A stretch of DNA of 64,000 nucleotides, taken from positions 27,345 through 91,344 of IMG/VR virus record IMGVR_UViG_2854395284_000001; one strand, 5' to 3'. Below, piece by piece: positions 51,546 through 61,807 of this stretch. The translations under genes and the position numbers were made by a program. Position 1 is the first letter of the stretch. Each line of letters opens with the position of its first letter. The notes beneath the pieces were generated by a model. It was not told the DNA's origin. It searched no databases and saw nothing but the letters and a program-made list of their open reading frames with translations. Source of the DNA: a virus (lineage: Duplodnaviria > Caudoviricetes).

Positions 51546-51958
51546 TCATAAGCAAAGCCTTCGTTTGTAGTATAATAAATGTGCTTTATGCCTAAATCCT
51601 TGATGGCAGCCATACATGACGGACATGGCCTAGACATACCATAAGGTTTATCATTTCGTTTTCGATATATATATAATTTTACTTTGGAAAAATCTATATC
51701 CAGATGTCGGATTGAATTGATACAGCTAATTTCTGCATGTATTTTAGGAAGAAGTGTTTCCTGATCAACGTCAGTAATTCTATATTTGTTATAATATTTC
51801 TGTACTGGATGTGTTTTGTTGGTATTACAACCAATGCCAATAATATTTCCCTTATATACTGCTACACAACCAATATGTACGTTTTTATAATCAGAAATAT
51901 CTGCAGCCTGTCTTGCTTTAGATAAATATCTACGATCAGTTTTAGTAAACAAACTCAT
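51518..51958 (-). CDS. Cytidine/deoxycytidylate deaminase-family protein
   Basis: HAE and PCPSC zinc-binding motifs. Confidence 0.85.
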   Translation of the reverse strand: MSLFTKTDRRYLSKARQAADISDYKNVHIGCVAVYKGNIIGIGCNTNKTHPVQKYYNKYRITDVDQETLLPKIHAEISCINSIRHLDIDFSKVKLYIYRKRNDKPYGMSRPCPSCMAAIKDLGIKHIYYTTNEGFAYECITQEDLV

Positions 51959-52196
51959 CCACTTCCTTTACTGTGGACTGATTAGTTTTAAATTTTTGTG
52001 TTTGAATAATATTTCTTCGACACTGTTCATCAAATTTTCTGTCTGCAATAATCTTTTCTGCGAAGTGCGATCCATGTGATAGGGTAGTAGAATTCGGATA
52101 TGGAGAAAGTTCTGTAACCTGAATTACTCCTCCAAATCTTGCATTATCTCTTAAACTTCTGGTGCAAAATCTTGTGTTCTCTTTCATAATTAGCAT
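51942..52196 (-). CDS. Small hypothetical protein
   Basis: RBS AAAGGAG. Confidence 0.6.
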   Translation of the reverse strand: MLIMKENTRFCTRSLRDNARFGGVIQVTELSPYPNSTTLSHGSHFAEKIIADRKFDEQCRRNIIQTQKFKTNQSTVKEVDEFVY

Positions 52197-52291
52197 CTCC
52201 TTTGATTTTCATAATTTTTAAATACATTTCTATCACTCCTTAGTTATAGGGATGATTAATAGTTCCTAATTTTATATTCTCTAAACATTCA

Positions 52292-54151
52292 TTAACACTT
52301 CATCTTTTTAACGCTATCTCCAAGTTCATCAATGAACGGACTAGGAGTCATAAGATTATCATTGTATGATGCAGTAGAAGAGAGATATAATTCATTCTCT
52401 GCTCTTGTAATTCCGACATATAATAACCTGCGTTCATCATCGAGATTGTCACTTTTTGCATGTGGGAGCAGTCCATCATTCAATCCAACAATGAACACGA
52501 TTGGATATTCCAAACCTTTTGCTCTATGAATTGTTGAGAGATGTACTTTATCATTATTCTCCATTGCAACTTGTCTATTGATGTCATCTAAGTACAACAT
52601 AAACTCGTTTAAATCAAAATACTTTTCTGCAATATTCTGAAAAGCATCCATATTTTCAATCTGTTCCGAAAATCCACCATCATCAGCCTGTTTACCCTTG
52701 CTAACAAAATCATCGATTTTAAGATAGAATCTCAAATATTCAATCATCTTACCAACCGACTCGAATTTTCTGTTCTGTAGTGTATTAATAACTTCATATA
52801 ATTGATCAATTCCATTTTTGAAACGCCAATTTCTGCGATCAATCGTAAACATTGCATTGTACAACGAAGTGTTTTTCCTCGTAGCATTTTCCTTGACTTC
52901 AGCGAAAAATTTCTGGTCTAACCAACGATTTGGTTTATTATACACATACGAAAATGCTGAATTATCTCCTTCGTGCAATGCCAATTTAAGATAAGAGATC
53001 AGTAACTTAATCTCTGGTAGCTCCGTAAACATAACCCCATTAACAACGTCATATGGAATCATATTTTTAGACATGACAGTTTGCAATATTGTCAACTGGG
53101 CATTTGTCCTTGCTAGAACAGCCATATCTCTATACTCATTATTCTCTTTTTTCTCTGTGATCTTTTTACAAATCCAAGAGGCTTCATCATATTCACTTAC
53201 AAATTTTCTGTATTCAGGGAACTGATTTGTTCCTTTAGAAGCAATACTTTCTACATAATTCTTATCCTTACTGTCAGGAATATGTTGTGCTAACATATTC
53301 GCCATGCGTACAATATCTGTACTACATCTGTAATTCGTGTTTAAATGGACGATTTTCACATCAGAATAATCCTGATCAAACTGCATAATGTATTCACTTC
53401 GCCCACCACGAAAAGAATAGATTGCCTGTAAAGGATCACCTACAATCATAGTGTTTTTATTATTAATTCTTTTAAGAAGAAGAGACTGTGCCATAGACAC
53501 ATCCTGAAACTCATCTGATAATACGTACAGATATTTATTCTGATAAAATTTTAAAATATCTGGGAATTTGTCAAAACACTGATTTGCCATATTCAGGAAA
53601 TCATCAAATTCAATATAGGACTTATCCTTTTTATAATCTTCGTACATTTTATAAATCTTTTTCATCCGATCATCAGGATACGGATCGTCATCTGAATAAA
53701 TCAAGTCATCTGTTGACCTTAACATATTTGTCTTTTGAATTCCCAAAAATCTCAGTATTCCATTATAAGGGACATCATCTTTATTCCTGCATAATCCAAG
53801 TAAATCACAGCAAATTTCTTTCAGTGCTTTTTCTTTTTCCCAAGATGCAGTCCATACTTTGTACTTTCCATATCCATATGTAGAAGTAATAATTTTAAGA
53901 GCGAGAGAGTGAAAAGTTTCTACATTTACACTAACTACTCCAAGTTTTCCTAATCTATGCTCAATGCTTTCTTTTGCCTTTTTACTGAACGTGACAGCCA
54001 AAATAGTAGTGGGATCAATTCCATGATTCTTGACCATGTTTAAAATTCTATATGTAAGTACAGATGTCTTTCCAGATCCAGCTGCAGCAATGACAACCAT
54101 ATTTCCGTCTATGGTGTGAATAGCTTCTTTTTGGTTTGTATTAAATTCCAT
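52292..54151 (-). CDS. UvrD/PcrA-like SF1 helicase
   Basis: AAAGSGKT, DEFQD, GDPLQAIYSFRG, HRAKGLEY, YVGITRA. Confidence 0.95.
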   Translation of the reverse strand: MEFNTNQKEAIHTIDGNMVVIAAAGSGKTSVLTYRILNMVKNHGIDPTTILAVTFSKKAKESIEHRLGKLGVVSVNVETFHSLALKIITSTYGYGKYKVWTASWEKEKALKEICCDLLGLCRNKDDVPYNGILRFLGIQKTNMLRSTDDLIYSDDDPYPDDRMKKIYKMYEDYKKDKSYIEFDDFLNMANQCFDKFPDILKFYQNKYLYVLSDEFQDVSMAQSLLLKRINNKNTMIVGDPLQAIYSFRGGRSEYIMQFDQDYSDVKIVHLNTNYRCSTDIVRMANMLAQHIPDSKDKNYVESIASKGTNQFPEYRKFVSEYDEASWICKKITEKKENNEYRDMAVLARTNAQLTILQTVMSKNMIPYDVVNGVMFTELPEIKLLISYLKLALHEGDNSAFSYVYNKPNRWLDQKFFAEVKENATRKNTSLYNAMFTIDRRNWRFKNGIDQLYEVINTLQNRKFESVGKMIEYLRFYLKIDDFVSKGKQADDGGFSEQIENMDAFQNIAEKYFDLNEFMLYLDDINRQVAMENNDKVHLSTIHRAKGLEYPIVFIVGLNDGLLPHAKSDNLDDERRLLYVGITRAENELYLSSTASYNDNLMTPSPFIDELGDSVKKMKC

Positions 54152-54167
54152 TTTTATACCTCCTTTG

Positions 54168-55325
54168 CTAATCTTGTCTTTTAAAGTAATCTTTTCCATA
54201 CTGATTGATAATTTCTAAAATTCTATCTTTACCTTTTTCTGTTATTTGATATCTATATAAATCAGAATTGCATGTTTTAAAATGTTTTAATTCTAAATAT
54301 CCGTCAGTTAAAGAAGATTCCCTGGCAAAAAATCTATTGCTGTTATCCACATTTAATAGATTTTCGTACACCAATGTCTTTTTGAATAACAAATAATCAT
54401 GTTCTTCTCTTGAAAGTAGAATTCCATTATCACAAAGTGATTCAGTCAAACTCGTAAAACTATATTTTTCACCAGGACACAGTGGATATGTTTTATTGTT
54501 ATATTCATATGTTCCATTTTCCGTATCAACACCAATATATTCTCTGCTTTTTGAATGACTATGTTTCTTTTTTTGTTTTGTCTCAGGCGTTTCATGAATT
54601 CCATTTTCATTCAAATTTTTTCTAACTTTTTCTTTTAAATTTTCTGATAAAATTTTGTCAGGATCGTCATATATCATCTGTAAAACATCTTTATAGATAA
54701 CTTCGTAATTATCAAAAGTTTTCTTTTCATTATTTTTAAGTTCTAAAAATGGATTTTTCGTATTATAAAGAACATATTTTTTATAACGATAAGTTAAATA
54801 ATATGCAGCTTCTAAATATAGTGTTCTTGTTTTTGTTACTGCTCTGCCTTTGTAATAGGATGTTTCAAAAAAGAAAATAGGTTTAAAAGAAAAACGGTTA
54901 ATGTCTTTGTTTTTATTAAATGATTCTTGAAGAGCTATGCAATGATGTGTGCCGTTATACAACATACTGATATGTTGCGAGAACCTTGCAAACATATTGA
55001 CTGTTTCTCCAATGTATATTTCACCAGTTTCTCTATTTGTAATTTTGTAACAACCTGCAATGGTTTTTATATTAAAATTTGCAGTAATATAAGATAAAAG
55101 ATAATTCAATAAAGAAATTGTATCGTCCAACACTTCATTCGATGGGTCGAGAATTGACGATTCTTGATCTAAATAACACATTAAAGCCTCTTGTGGAGTT
55201 ATGTTGTTTTGACCTAGTTTCATCATAGTAAAAGAATATTCGTTTTTATCAATGGTATCTTTTAGTGAGTATTTTTTATGAATATTCGTGAGTAGTAATT
55301 TTAAATAATGTTGATCTTCTGTCAT
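54168..55325 (-). CDS. GIY-YIG domain protein
   Basis: AGCYKI...IYIGET...RFSQH. Confidence 0.7.
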   Translation of the reverse strand: MTEDQHYLKLLLTNIHKKYSLKDTIDKNEYSFTMMKLGQNNITPQEALMCYLDQESSILDPSNEVLDDTISLLNYLLSYITANFNIKTIAGCYKITNRETGEIYIGETVNMFARFSQHISMLYNGTHHCIALQESFNKNKDINRFSFKPIFFFETSYYKGRAVTKTRTLYLEAAYYLTYRYKKYVLYNTKNPFLELKNNEKKTFDNYEVIYKDVLQMIYDDPDKILSENLKEKVRKNLNENGIHETPETKQKKKHSHSKSREYIGVDTENGTYEYNNKTYPLCPGEKYSFTSLTESLCDNGILLSREEHDYLLFKKTLVYENLLNVDNSNRFFARESSLTDGYLELKHFKTCNSDLYRYQITEKGKDRILEIINQYGKDYFKRQD

Positions 55326-55326
55326 A

Positions 55327-55945
55327 TTATCCTTCTTTCTTTAAATTAAATTTTTCAAAAACAGTTTCATCTCTTTGCTTCGTTAAGTACTCCTCGTATT
55401 TATTCTCTTTATACATAGCTCTATATTTGCTATTTTCAGAATGGATATAATCATATATCTGCTGAATTTCTTCCAAAGAGTATTTTTGACCCTTACCCTT
55501 TGCAATCTGGTTATACATTTGGGCCAGCTTACGTTTACGATTCGCATTTTCAACTTCACTATTAATCCATTTGTAAGATTTCTTTTCTTTTTTCTGCGAT
55601 CCAGCATAAGAATCAATGTATAATTTATCTGCAGGCCGACCATACACGTTTGTCATACGAGAAATATTTTTTTCATCAGATGATAGTAAAAAATCATCTT
55701 GACGAAAAATATAGATCAACTGGTTTTTCTCCAAAACGCGATTGTATTCTTTTATACTTCTTATGGAAATTCCAGATAAATCGGACAGATATTCGATCGT
55801 CATATTGCCAACAACACGACTTTTATGTTCTAATGAATCGAGCCACACATCGATAGAAGAGCTGATCGTACCAATAAGAATTGAAAAATATCTAAGCAAT
55901 TGAAAATTATTACAGTCTGTTATTTGAAATATTTTTCTTATTTCA
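55327..55945 (-). pseudogene. Phage gene (possible replication protein) truncated at its 5' end by ICE insertion
   Basis: Frame continues upstream (EIRKIFQITDCNNFQLLRY) to the A-tract junction; no RBS. Confidence 0.65.
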
Positions 55946-56011
55946 AAAAAATTAGTTGATTGTCTTGAAAAATGCTTGATTTGCAGGCATATTCGCAGGT
56001 TTGCAGATTGA

Positions 56012-56032
56012 TTTTACTACTCATTTACTACT
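56012..56032 (+). repeat. Integrase arm-type direct repeats at the ICE end
   Basis: tttactact ca tttactact resembles the Tn916 end repeat. Confidence 0.75.
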
Positions 56033-56344
56033 TTTAACGAATTGAGCCTTGATATGCAAAAAGCACCTGCGGACTGCCGGATAGACCGCTGCACCACCTT
56101 ACGCGGCACGTCGAAAAGAAAAAATAAAATAAGCACCACCTATAAGGCGGCGTTTCTCACTCCTACACAGGAGAACAGGAACGCTGCTTTTTTTATGCCC
56201 TCGTGTTACGCAGTAAGGGCAAACAAAGCCTTGATTTATGCGGCTCTTAGAGCGTGGAAATGAGAAAGACAAGGGTTGATACCTTTTCCCTCAAAACCGC
56301 GTTTCTACTGCGTAACAAATCCAACGAAAAGGAGTGACGAAGCT

Positions 56345-57313
56345 ATGGCAGTTTTCCGCGTGGAAAAGAACAAAGGTTATACCGTTATGAGCAACCACCA
56401 TTTACGCAACAAGGAGCTTTCCTTAAAGGCAAAGGGCTTGTTGTCGCAAATGCTCTCACTTCCCGAAGATTGGGACTACACCCTTGCAGGACTGTCCCTT
56501 ATCAACCGGGAAAAGATTGACGCTATCCGGGAAGCAGTACGGGAACTGGAAAATGCCGGATATATACAGCGTTCAAGGGAACGTGATGAGAAAGGATGCT
56601 TACGCGGTACAACGTATGTTATCTATGAGCAGCCGCCTAAGTTGGATTTACCTACATTGGAAAAACCAACATTGGATAATCCAACATTGGAAAAGCCTAT
56701 GTTGGAAAAACCTACGTTGGAAAATCCAACGCAATTAAATAAAGAACTATTAAAGACTAACTTACCAACAAAAGAAAAATTAAATACAGATATATTAAGT
56801 ACCCATTCCATTCCTTTCCATTCCCTAAATCCCTTTCCCTTAGAGGACGCGGCACAGCCGCCGGAACGGAAGCGAAAGGAAACGACAGACGCATATCGCG
56901 TGTATGAGGAAATCATCAAGGACAATATCGAGTACGACTATCTGATACAGGACAGATACCTTGACCGGGACAGGATAGAGGAAATCCTTGCCCTTATTCT
57001 TGAAACCGTCTGCACCAAACGAAGAACAATCCGTATCGCCGGGGACGACCACCCGGCAGAGCTTGTAAAAGCAAAATTTATGAAACTGAACAGCGAACAT
57101 ATCCGCTTTGTACTGGACTGTATGCAGGAAAACACCACCAAAATCCGCAACATCAAGCAGTACATGAAAGCTGCCCTTTTCAATGCCCCGTCTACGATTG
57201 GCAGCTATTACACGTCCCTTGTATCTCACGATATGTACGGCGGGCGCACTATCCAGTCGGCAAGAAGCAAGGGCATACCCGATTACACCTGCAACGAGGG
57301 CGAAAGCCTGTAA
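56345..57313 (+). CDS. HTH replication-initiator-like protein of ICE
   Basis: YTVMSNHHL, LSLKAKGLL; C-terminal KIRNIKQYMKAALFNAP. Confidence 0.8.
   Translation: MAVFRVEKNKGYTVMSNHHLRNKELSLKAKGLLSQMLSLPEDWDYTLAGLSLINREKIDAIREAVRELENAGYIQRSRERDEKGCLRGTTYVIYEQPPKLDLPTLEKPTLDNPTLEKPMLEKPTLENPTQLNKELLKTNLPTKEKLNTDILSTHSIPFHSLNPFPLEDAAQPPERKRKETTDAYRVYEEIIKDNIEYDYLIQDRYLDRDRIEEILALILETVCTKRRTIRIAGDDHPAELVKAKFMKLNSEHIRFVLDCMQENTTKIRNIKQYMKAALFNAPSTIGSYYTSLVSHDMYGGRTIQSARSKGIPDYTCNEGESL
56651..56730 (+). repeat. 15-bp tandem repeat (P-T/M-L-E/D-K/N x5), possible iterons
   Basis: ccWacattggaWaa units. Confidence 0.7.
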
Positions 57314-57334
57314 ACCAACCTAAAGGAGGATTTT

Positions 57335-57556
57335 ATGATGACACAGAGAACAGGAGCTTTGATTTTTGATGAAACCGCTGACCGCTACGACATTCGCTTT
57401 GACGTAAACGACTATTACGGGGGTTTGCATTGCGGCGACTGCATGGAGGTCTTTGTGCGGGGCAAATGGAAGCCTACCCGTATGGAGTACGGGGACAACT
57501 GGTATCTTGTAGGTATTCGGGCGGCAGACCTTTCCGGGCTGCGGGTACGGATTTAA
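57335..57556 (+). CDS. DUF5348-like ICE protein
   Basis: GLHCG, W.PTRME motifs; RBS AAGGAGG. Confidence 0.75.
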   Translation: MMTQRTGALIFDETADRYDIRFDVNDYYGGLHCGDCMEVFVRGKWKPTRMEYGDNWYLVGIRAADLSGLRVRI

Positions 57557-57650
57557 CAGGGCGGCGTGAAAGCGGACGCTCTTTTTTTCATGCCCGCCCC
57601 GCTTCCCGGCGGCGGGCATACCACCATAGAACACGAAAGGAGGACACCCA

Positions 57651-58133
57651 TTGCAGGAGGAAACCAACGAAAAGACCATAGCCCTTTACATCAAGACCGG
57701 GAAGCTGACGGCGCAGCAGCTCCAAAAGGCTATGAAAGCCCTGCTTGCACAGATGAAAAAGCAGCATGACAGACAGAAAATCCCGCATGGAAAGCAGACC
57801 CTAAAGCAGCTTATGAAGCAGAACGCGGGCGTTTCCAACATTGAAATCACAAAGGACAATATCAAAGCCTTTGAGAGTACGGCGAAAAAATACGGGATTG
57901 ACTTTGCCCTAAAGAAAGACAGCACCGAAACCCCGCCCCGCTATCTTGTGTTTTTCAAGGGACGGGACGCGGACGCACTGACCGCAGCTTTCAAGGAGTT
58001 TTCCGCAAAGAAACTGACGCAGGAACAAAAGCCCCCTATCCGAAAGCTGATTGTTTCCCTCAAAGAAAAGGCGGCGGCTCTGAACACACAGCGGGACAAA
58101 GTAAAAAACAAAGACAGGGGGATTGCAAGATGA
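57651..58133 (+). CDS. PcfB-family (DUF3801) protein
   Basis: GKQTLKQL, KKYGIDFA, VFFKGRDADA. Confidence 0.8.
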   Translation: MQEETNEKTIALYIKTGKLTAQQLQKAMKALLAQMKKQHDRQKIPHGKQTLKQLMKQNAGVSNIEITKDNIKAFESTAKKYGIDFALKKDSTETPPRYLVFFKGRDADALTAAFKEFSAKKLTQEQKPPIRKLIVSLKEKAAALNTQRDKVKNKDRGIAR

Positions 58134-59920
58134 ACGCTATCAACTGGAAAAAACTGCTGCTTCCCAACATTCCCTATCTGTTCTTTGTGTATCTTTTTGA
58201 TAAAGTCGGGCAGGCGGTACGCCTTTCGCCGGGGGCTGACCTGTCCGGCAAGGTGTTGTCGCTTGGGGAGGGATTTTCTATGGCTTTTGCAAACCCGCTT
58301 CCGAGTTTTGCCCCTATGGATTTGCTTATCGGTATTGCGGGGGCTGTCCTTATCCGGCTTATGGTGTACTTCAAAGGCAAGAACGCGAAGAAATACCGGA
58401 AAGGTATCGAATACGGCTCTGCCCGTTGGGGGACTGCCGAAGATATTAAGCCCTACACCGACCCGGTATTTCAGAATAACGTGCTGCTGACGCAGACGGA
58501 ACGGCTTACCATGAACAGCCGCCCGAAGCAGCCGAAGTATGCAAGGAATAAAAATATCCTTGTTATCGGGGGAAGCGGCAGCGGAAAGACGAGATTTTTC
58601 GTGAAGCCCAACTTAATGCAAATGCACAGCAGCTACGTTGTAACCGACCCGAAAGGAACGGTTTTAGTCGAGTGCGGGAAGCTCTTACAGCGGGGCGGCT
58701 ACCGGATAAAAGTGCTGAACACGATTAACTTCAAAAAAAGCATGAAATACAATCCCTTTGCCTATCTCCGCAGCGAAAAAGACATTTTGAAACTGGTAAA
58801 TACCTTGATTGCCAACACCAAAGGGGACGGGGAAAAAGCCGGGGAGGATTTTTGGGTAAAATCGGAACGGCTCTTTTACTGCGCCCTTATCGGCTACATT
58901 TGGTACGAAGCCCCGGAGGAAGAAAAGAACTTCACGACGCTGCTTGAAATGATAAATGCGTCGGAAGCCCGCGAGGACGACCCGGAATTTCAGTCCCCCG
59001 TTGACCTTATGTTTGAACGGTTGGAGGAAAAAGACCCGGAACACTTTGCCGTCCGGCAGTATAAGAAATTCCTGTTATCTGCGGGAAAGACACGAAGCTC
59101 TATCCTCATTTCCTGCGGTGCGCGGCTTTCCCCTTTTGACATTAAGGAACTGCGCGACCTTATGGAAACTGATGAAATGGAGCTTGACACCATAGGCGAC
59201 CGTAAGACCGCTCTGTTTGTCATTATCAGCGACACCGACGATACTTTTAACTTTGTGGTATCAATCCTTTACACACAGCTTTTCAATCTCCTTTGCGACA
59301 AGGCAGATAATGAATACGGCGGCAGGCTGCCCGTCCATGTGCGCTGTCTGTTAGACGAATTTGCAAATATCGGGCAGATACCGAAGTTTGAAAAGCTCAT
59401 AGCCACCATACGAAGCCGGGAAATCTCCGCGTCGATTATCTTACAGTCGCAAAGCCAGTTAAAGGCAATCTATAAGGACAACGCCGATACCATAGCCGGC
59501 AACTGCGACACCACCCTTTTCTTGGGCGGCAAGGAGAAAACCACCCTCAAAGAAATGTCGGAAATCTTGGGGAAAGAAACCATTGACAGCTTCAACACTT
59601 CCGAGAACCGGGGGCGCGAGGTATCGCATGGGCTGAACTATCAGAAGTTAGGCAAGCAGCTTATGACGGAAGATGAAATTGCAGTCATGGACGGCGGGAA
59701 ATGTATCTTGCAGCTACGAGGGGTGCGCCCGTTCTTCTCTGATAAGTATGATATTACAAAGCATCCCAACTATAAATACCTGTCCGACTATGACAAGAAA
59801 AATACCTTTGATATGGAAAAGCATTTAAGGCGCAGACCCGCCCTTGTGAAGCCGGACGAACCCTTTGACTATTACGAAATCAGTGAAGCAGATTTGCAGG
59901 AGGACACCGACCATGAATAG
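58130..59920 (+). CDS. virD4: Type IV coupling protein VirD4/TraG
   Basis: GGSGSGKT, LLDEFAN, N-terminal TM segments. Confidence 0.95.
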   Translation: MNAINWKKLLLPNIPYLFFVYLFDKVGQAVRLSPGADLSGKVLSLGEGFSMAFANPLPSFAPMDLLIGIAGAVLIRLMVYFKGKNAKKYRKGIEYGSARWGTAEDIKPYTDPVFQNNVLLTQTERLTMNSRPKQPKYARNKNILVIGGSGSGKTRFFVKPNLMQMHSSYVVTDPKGTVLVECGKLLQRGGYRIKVLNTINFKKSMKYNPFAYLRSEKDILKLVNTLIANTKGDGEKAGEDFWVKSERLFYCALIGYIWYEAPEEEKNFTTLLEMINASEAREDDPEFQSPVDLMFERLEEKDPEHFAVRQYKKFLLSAGKTRSSILISCGARLSPFDIKELRDLMETDEMELDTIGDRKTALFVIISDTDDTFNFVVSILYTQLFNLLCDKADNEYGGRLPVHVRCLLDEFANIGQIPKFEKLIATIRSREISASIILQSQSQLKAIYKDNADTIAGNCDTTLFLGGKEKTTLKEMSEILGKETIDSFNTSENRGREVSHGLNYQKLGKQLMTEDEIAVMDGGKCILQLRGVRPFFSDKYDITKHPNYKYLSDYDKKNTFDMEKHLRRRPALVKPDEPFDYYEISEADLQEDTDHE

Positions 59921-60083
59921 ACGTATCCGAAAGAAAAAGGATAAGAAAATCACAGAAGCCATAAACGGGCTTATTTTCATTGCCGAGCGACGGGAGCAAC
60001 AGCGACAGACAGCTATCCGGCAGTTTGTAAAACGGTGTGAAGCCCTGTATGAGCAGCAGCGAAAGGAGGAATTGACGCAGTAA
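59913..60083 (+). CDS. Small basic hypothetical protein
   Basis: ATG after GGAGG overlapping the virD4 end. Confidence 0.5.
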   Translation: MNRRIRKKKDKKITEAINGLIFIAERREQQRQTAIRQFVKRCEALYEQQRKEELTQ

Positions 60084-60277
60084 CAAAGAAACAGACAACT
60101 TACAGAATACGCGCCCCTACTGGAAAATCCATAACGCCCATACTTAAAAACTGAATACCGCCGCGCGGCAGACACATAGGCAGCGCGGGGACTTATGACC
60201 GCGGCAGTTACAAAACTGACCGCCGTTTTTTATGCCCTTTTATGGGGCAAGCCGCATTTGCGGCAGAAAGGAGCTTT

Positions 60278-60493
60278 ATGGAATTTTTTAACTCTGCTAT
60301 CGACGTATTACAGACCCTTGTTATCGCACTGGGCGCAGGCTTAGGCATTTGGGGCGTTATCAACCTCTTAGAGGGATATGGAAACGACAATCCGGGTGCA
60401 AAATCACAGGGCATTAAGCAGCTTATGGCGGGCGGCGGTGTTGCCCTTATCGGCACTATCCTTGTACCGCTTCTTTCCGGTCTGTTCGGATAA
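60278..60493 (+). CDS. Maff2-family (VirB2-like) membrane protein
   Basis: WGVINLLEGYGNDNPGAKSQG. Confidence 0.9.
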   Translation: MEFFNSAIDVLQTLVIALGAGLGIWGVINLLEGYGNDNPGAKSQGIKQLMAGGGVALIGTILVPLLSGLFG

Positions 60494-60511
60494 GTTTACG
60501 GAGGGTAGCCT

Positions 60512-61381
60512 ATGGAGAGCATACTTGACGCGATTAACGAATGGATAAAAGAAATCCTTATCGGCGCGATAAACGGTAATCTGTCAACGATGTTCGGGGA
60601 CGTAAACGAAAAAGTAGGCACCATTGCAGCGGAGGTAGGCAAGACCCCACAGGGGTGGAACGCGAACATTTTCAACATGATACAAAATCTGTCGGAAAAT
60701 GTGATTGTACCCATTGCGGGGCTTGTCATTACCTATGTCCTCTGTTATGAGCTTATCAGCATGGTAACGGAAAAAAACAATATGCACGACGTTGACACGT
60801 TCATGTTCTTTAAGTGGTTTTTCAAAGCCTTTGTTGCCGTTTTCTTGGTAACGCACACCTTTGATATTACTATGGCGGTGTTTGATATGGCGCAGCATAT
60901 TGTGTCCGGCGCGGCGGGGGTAATCGGCGGCGATACGAATATCGACGTAACCGAAGCCCTTGCCGCCATGCAGGAGGGACTAAAAGATATGGAAATCCCC
61001 GAACTACTGTTACTTGTCATGGAAACGAGCCTTGTAAGCCTTTGTATGAAAATCATGTCCGTACTGATAACCGTTATCCTCTACGGCAGAATGATTGAGA
61101 TATACGCCTACTGTTCCGTTTCCCCTATCCCTTTTGCCACCATGACAAACCGGGAATGGGGACAGATTGGGAACAACTACCTAAAGGGGCTGTTTGCACT
61201 TGGTTTTCAAGGCTTCCTCATTATGATATGCGTCGGCATTTATGCGGTTTTGGTAGGCGAAATGGTCTTAGCGGACAACCTGCACAGCGCGATTTTTTCC
61301 CTTGCAGCCTATACCGTTATCCTCTGTTTCTCCCTGTTCAAATCCGGCGCACTGGCAAAATCTATATTCAACGCCCACTAA
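60512..61381 (+). CDS. VirB6/TrbL-like conjugation membrane protein
   Basis: Polytopic; GRMIEIY, PIPFAT. Confidence 0.85.
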   Translation: MESILDAINEWIKEILIGAINGNLSTMFGDVNEKVGTIAAEVGKTPQGWNANIFNMIQNLSENVIVPIAGLVITYVLCYELISMVTEKNNMHDVDTFMFFKWFFKAFVAVFLVTHTFDITMAVFDMAQHIVSGAAGVIGGDTNIDVTEALAAMQEGLKDMEIPELLLLVMETSLVSLCMKIMSVLITVILYGRMIEIYAYCSVSPIPFATMTNREWGQIGNNYLKGLFALGFQGFLIMICVGIYAVLVGEMVLADNLHSAIFSLAAYTVILCFSLFKSGALAKSIFNAH

Positions 61382-61402
61382 GGGCAGAAAGGAGGTTTTT
61401 TC

Positions 61403-61807
61403 TTGGCGTATGTACCTGTACCCAAAGACTTATCCAAAGTCAAAACAAAAGTCGCTTTCAATCTGACAAAGCGGCAAATCCTTTGTTTTTCAGTGGCACT
61501 TCTTATGGGACTGCCACTTTTCTTTTTGTTCAAAGACAGCGCAGGGACGAGCCTTGCGGCAATGGCAATGATTGTCGTCATGCTTCCCTGCTTTTTGGTT
61601 GCCATGTATGAAAAGCATGGGCAGCCCCTTGAAGTGGTTGTAAAGAACATCATTCAGACAAAATTGACCCGCCCCAAAGTGCGACCGTATCAGACGGAAA
61701 ACCTGTATGCACTCTTGGAGAAACAGCGGGCATTAGAAAAGGAGGTATCAGCGATTGTCAAAAGGACAGACAAAAAAGACGCGGGAAGCCGCAGGAAACA
61801 GGCGTAA
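61403..61807 (+). CDS. prgI: PrgI-family protein
   Basis: VPVPKDL, LTKRQ, two TM segments. Confidence 0.88.
   Translation: MAYVPVPKDLSKVKTKVAFNLTKRQILCFSVALLMGLPLFFLFKDSAGTSLAAMAMIVVMLPCFLVAMYEKHGQPLEVVVKNIIQTKLTRPKVRPYQTENLYALLEKQRALEKEVSAIVKRTDKKDAGSRRKQA

Larger units (their letters stand above)
1..55945 (-). mobile_element. Large SPbeta-like temperate phage/prophage segment (late structural module plus YonO/HU/tRNA region); both ends lie outside or are interrupted
   Basis: Co-oriented terminase, portal, scaffold, capsid, tail, holin and tape measure genes; YonO-like RNAP, YonK-like and HU genes; uniformly low GC. Confidence 0.9.
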
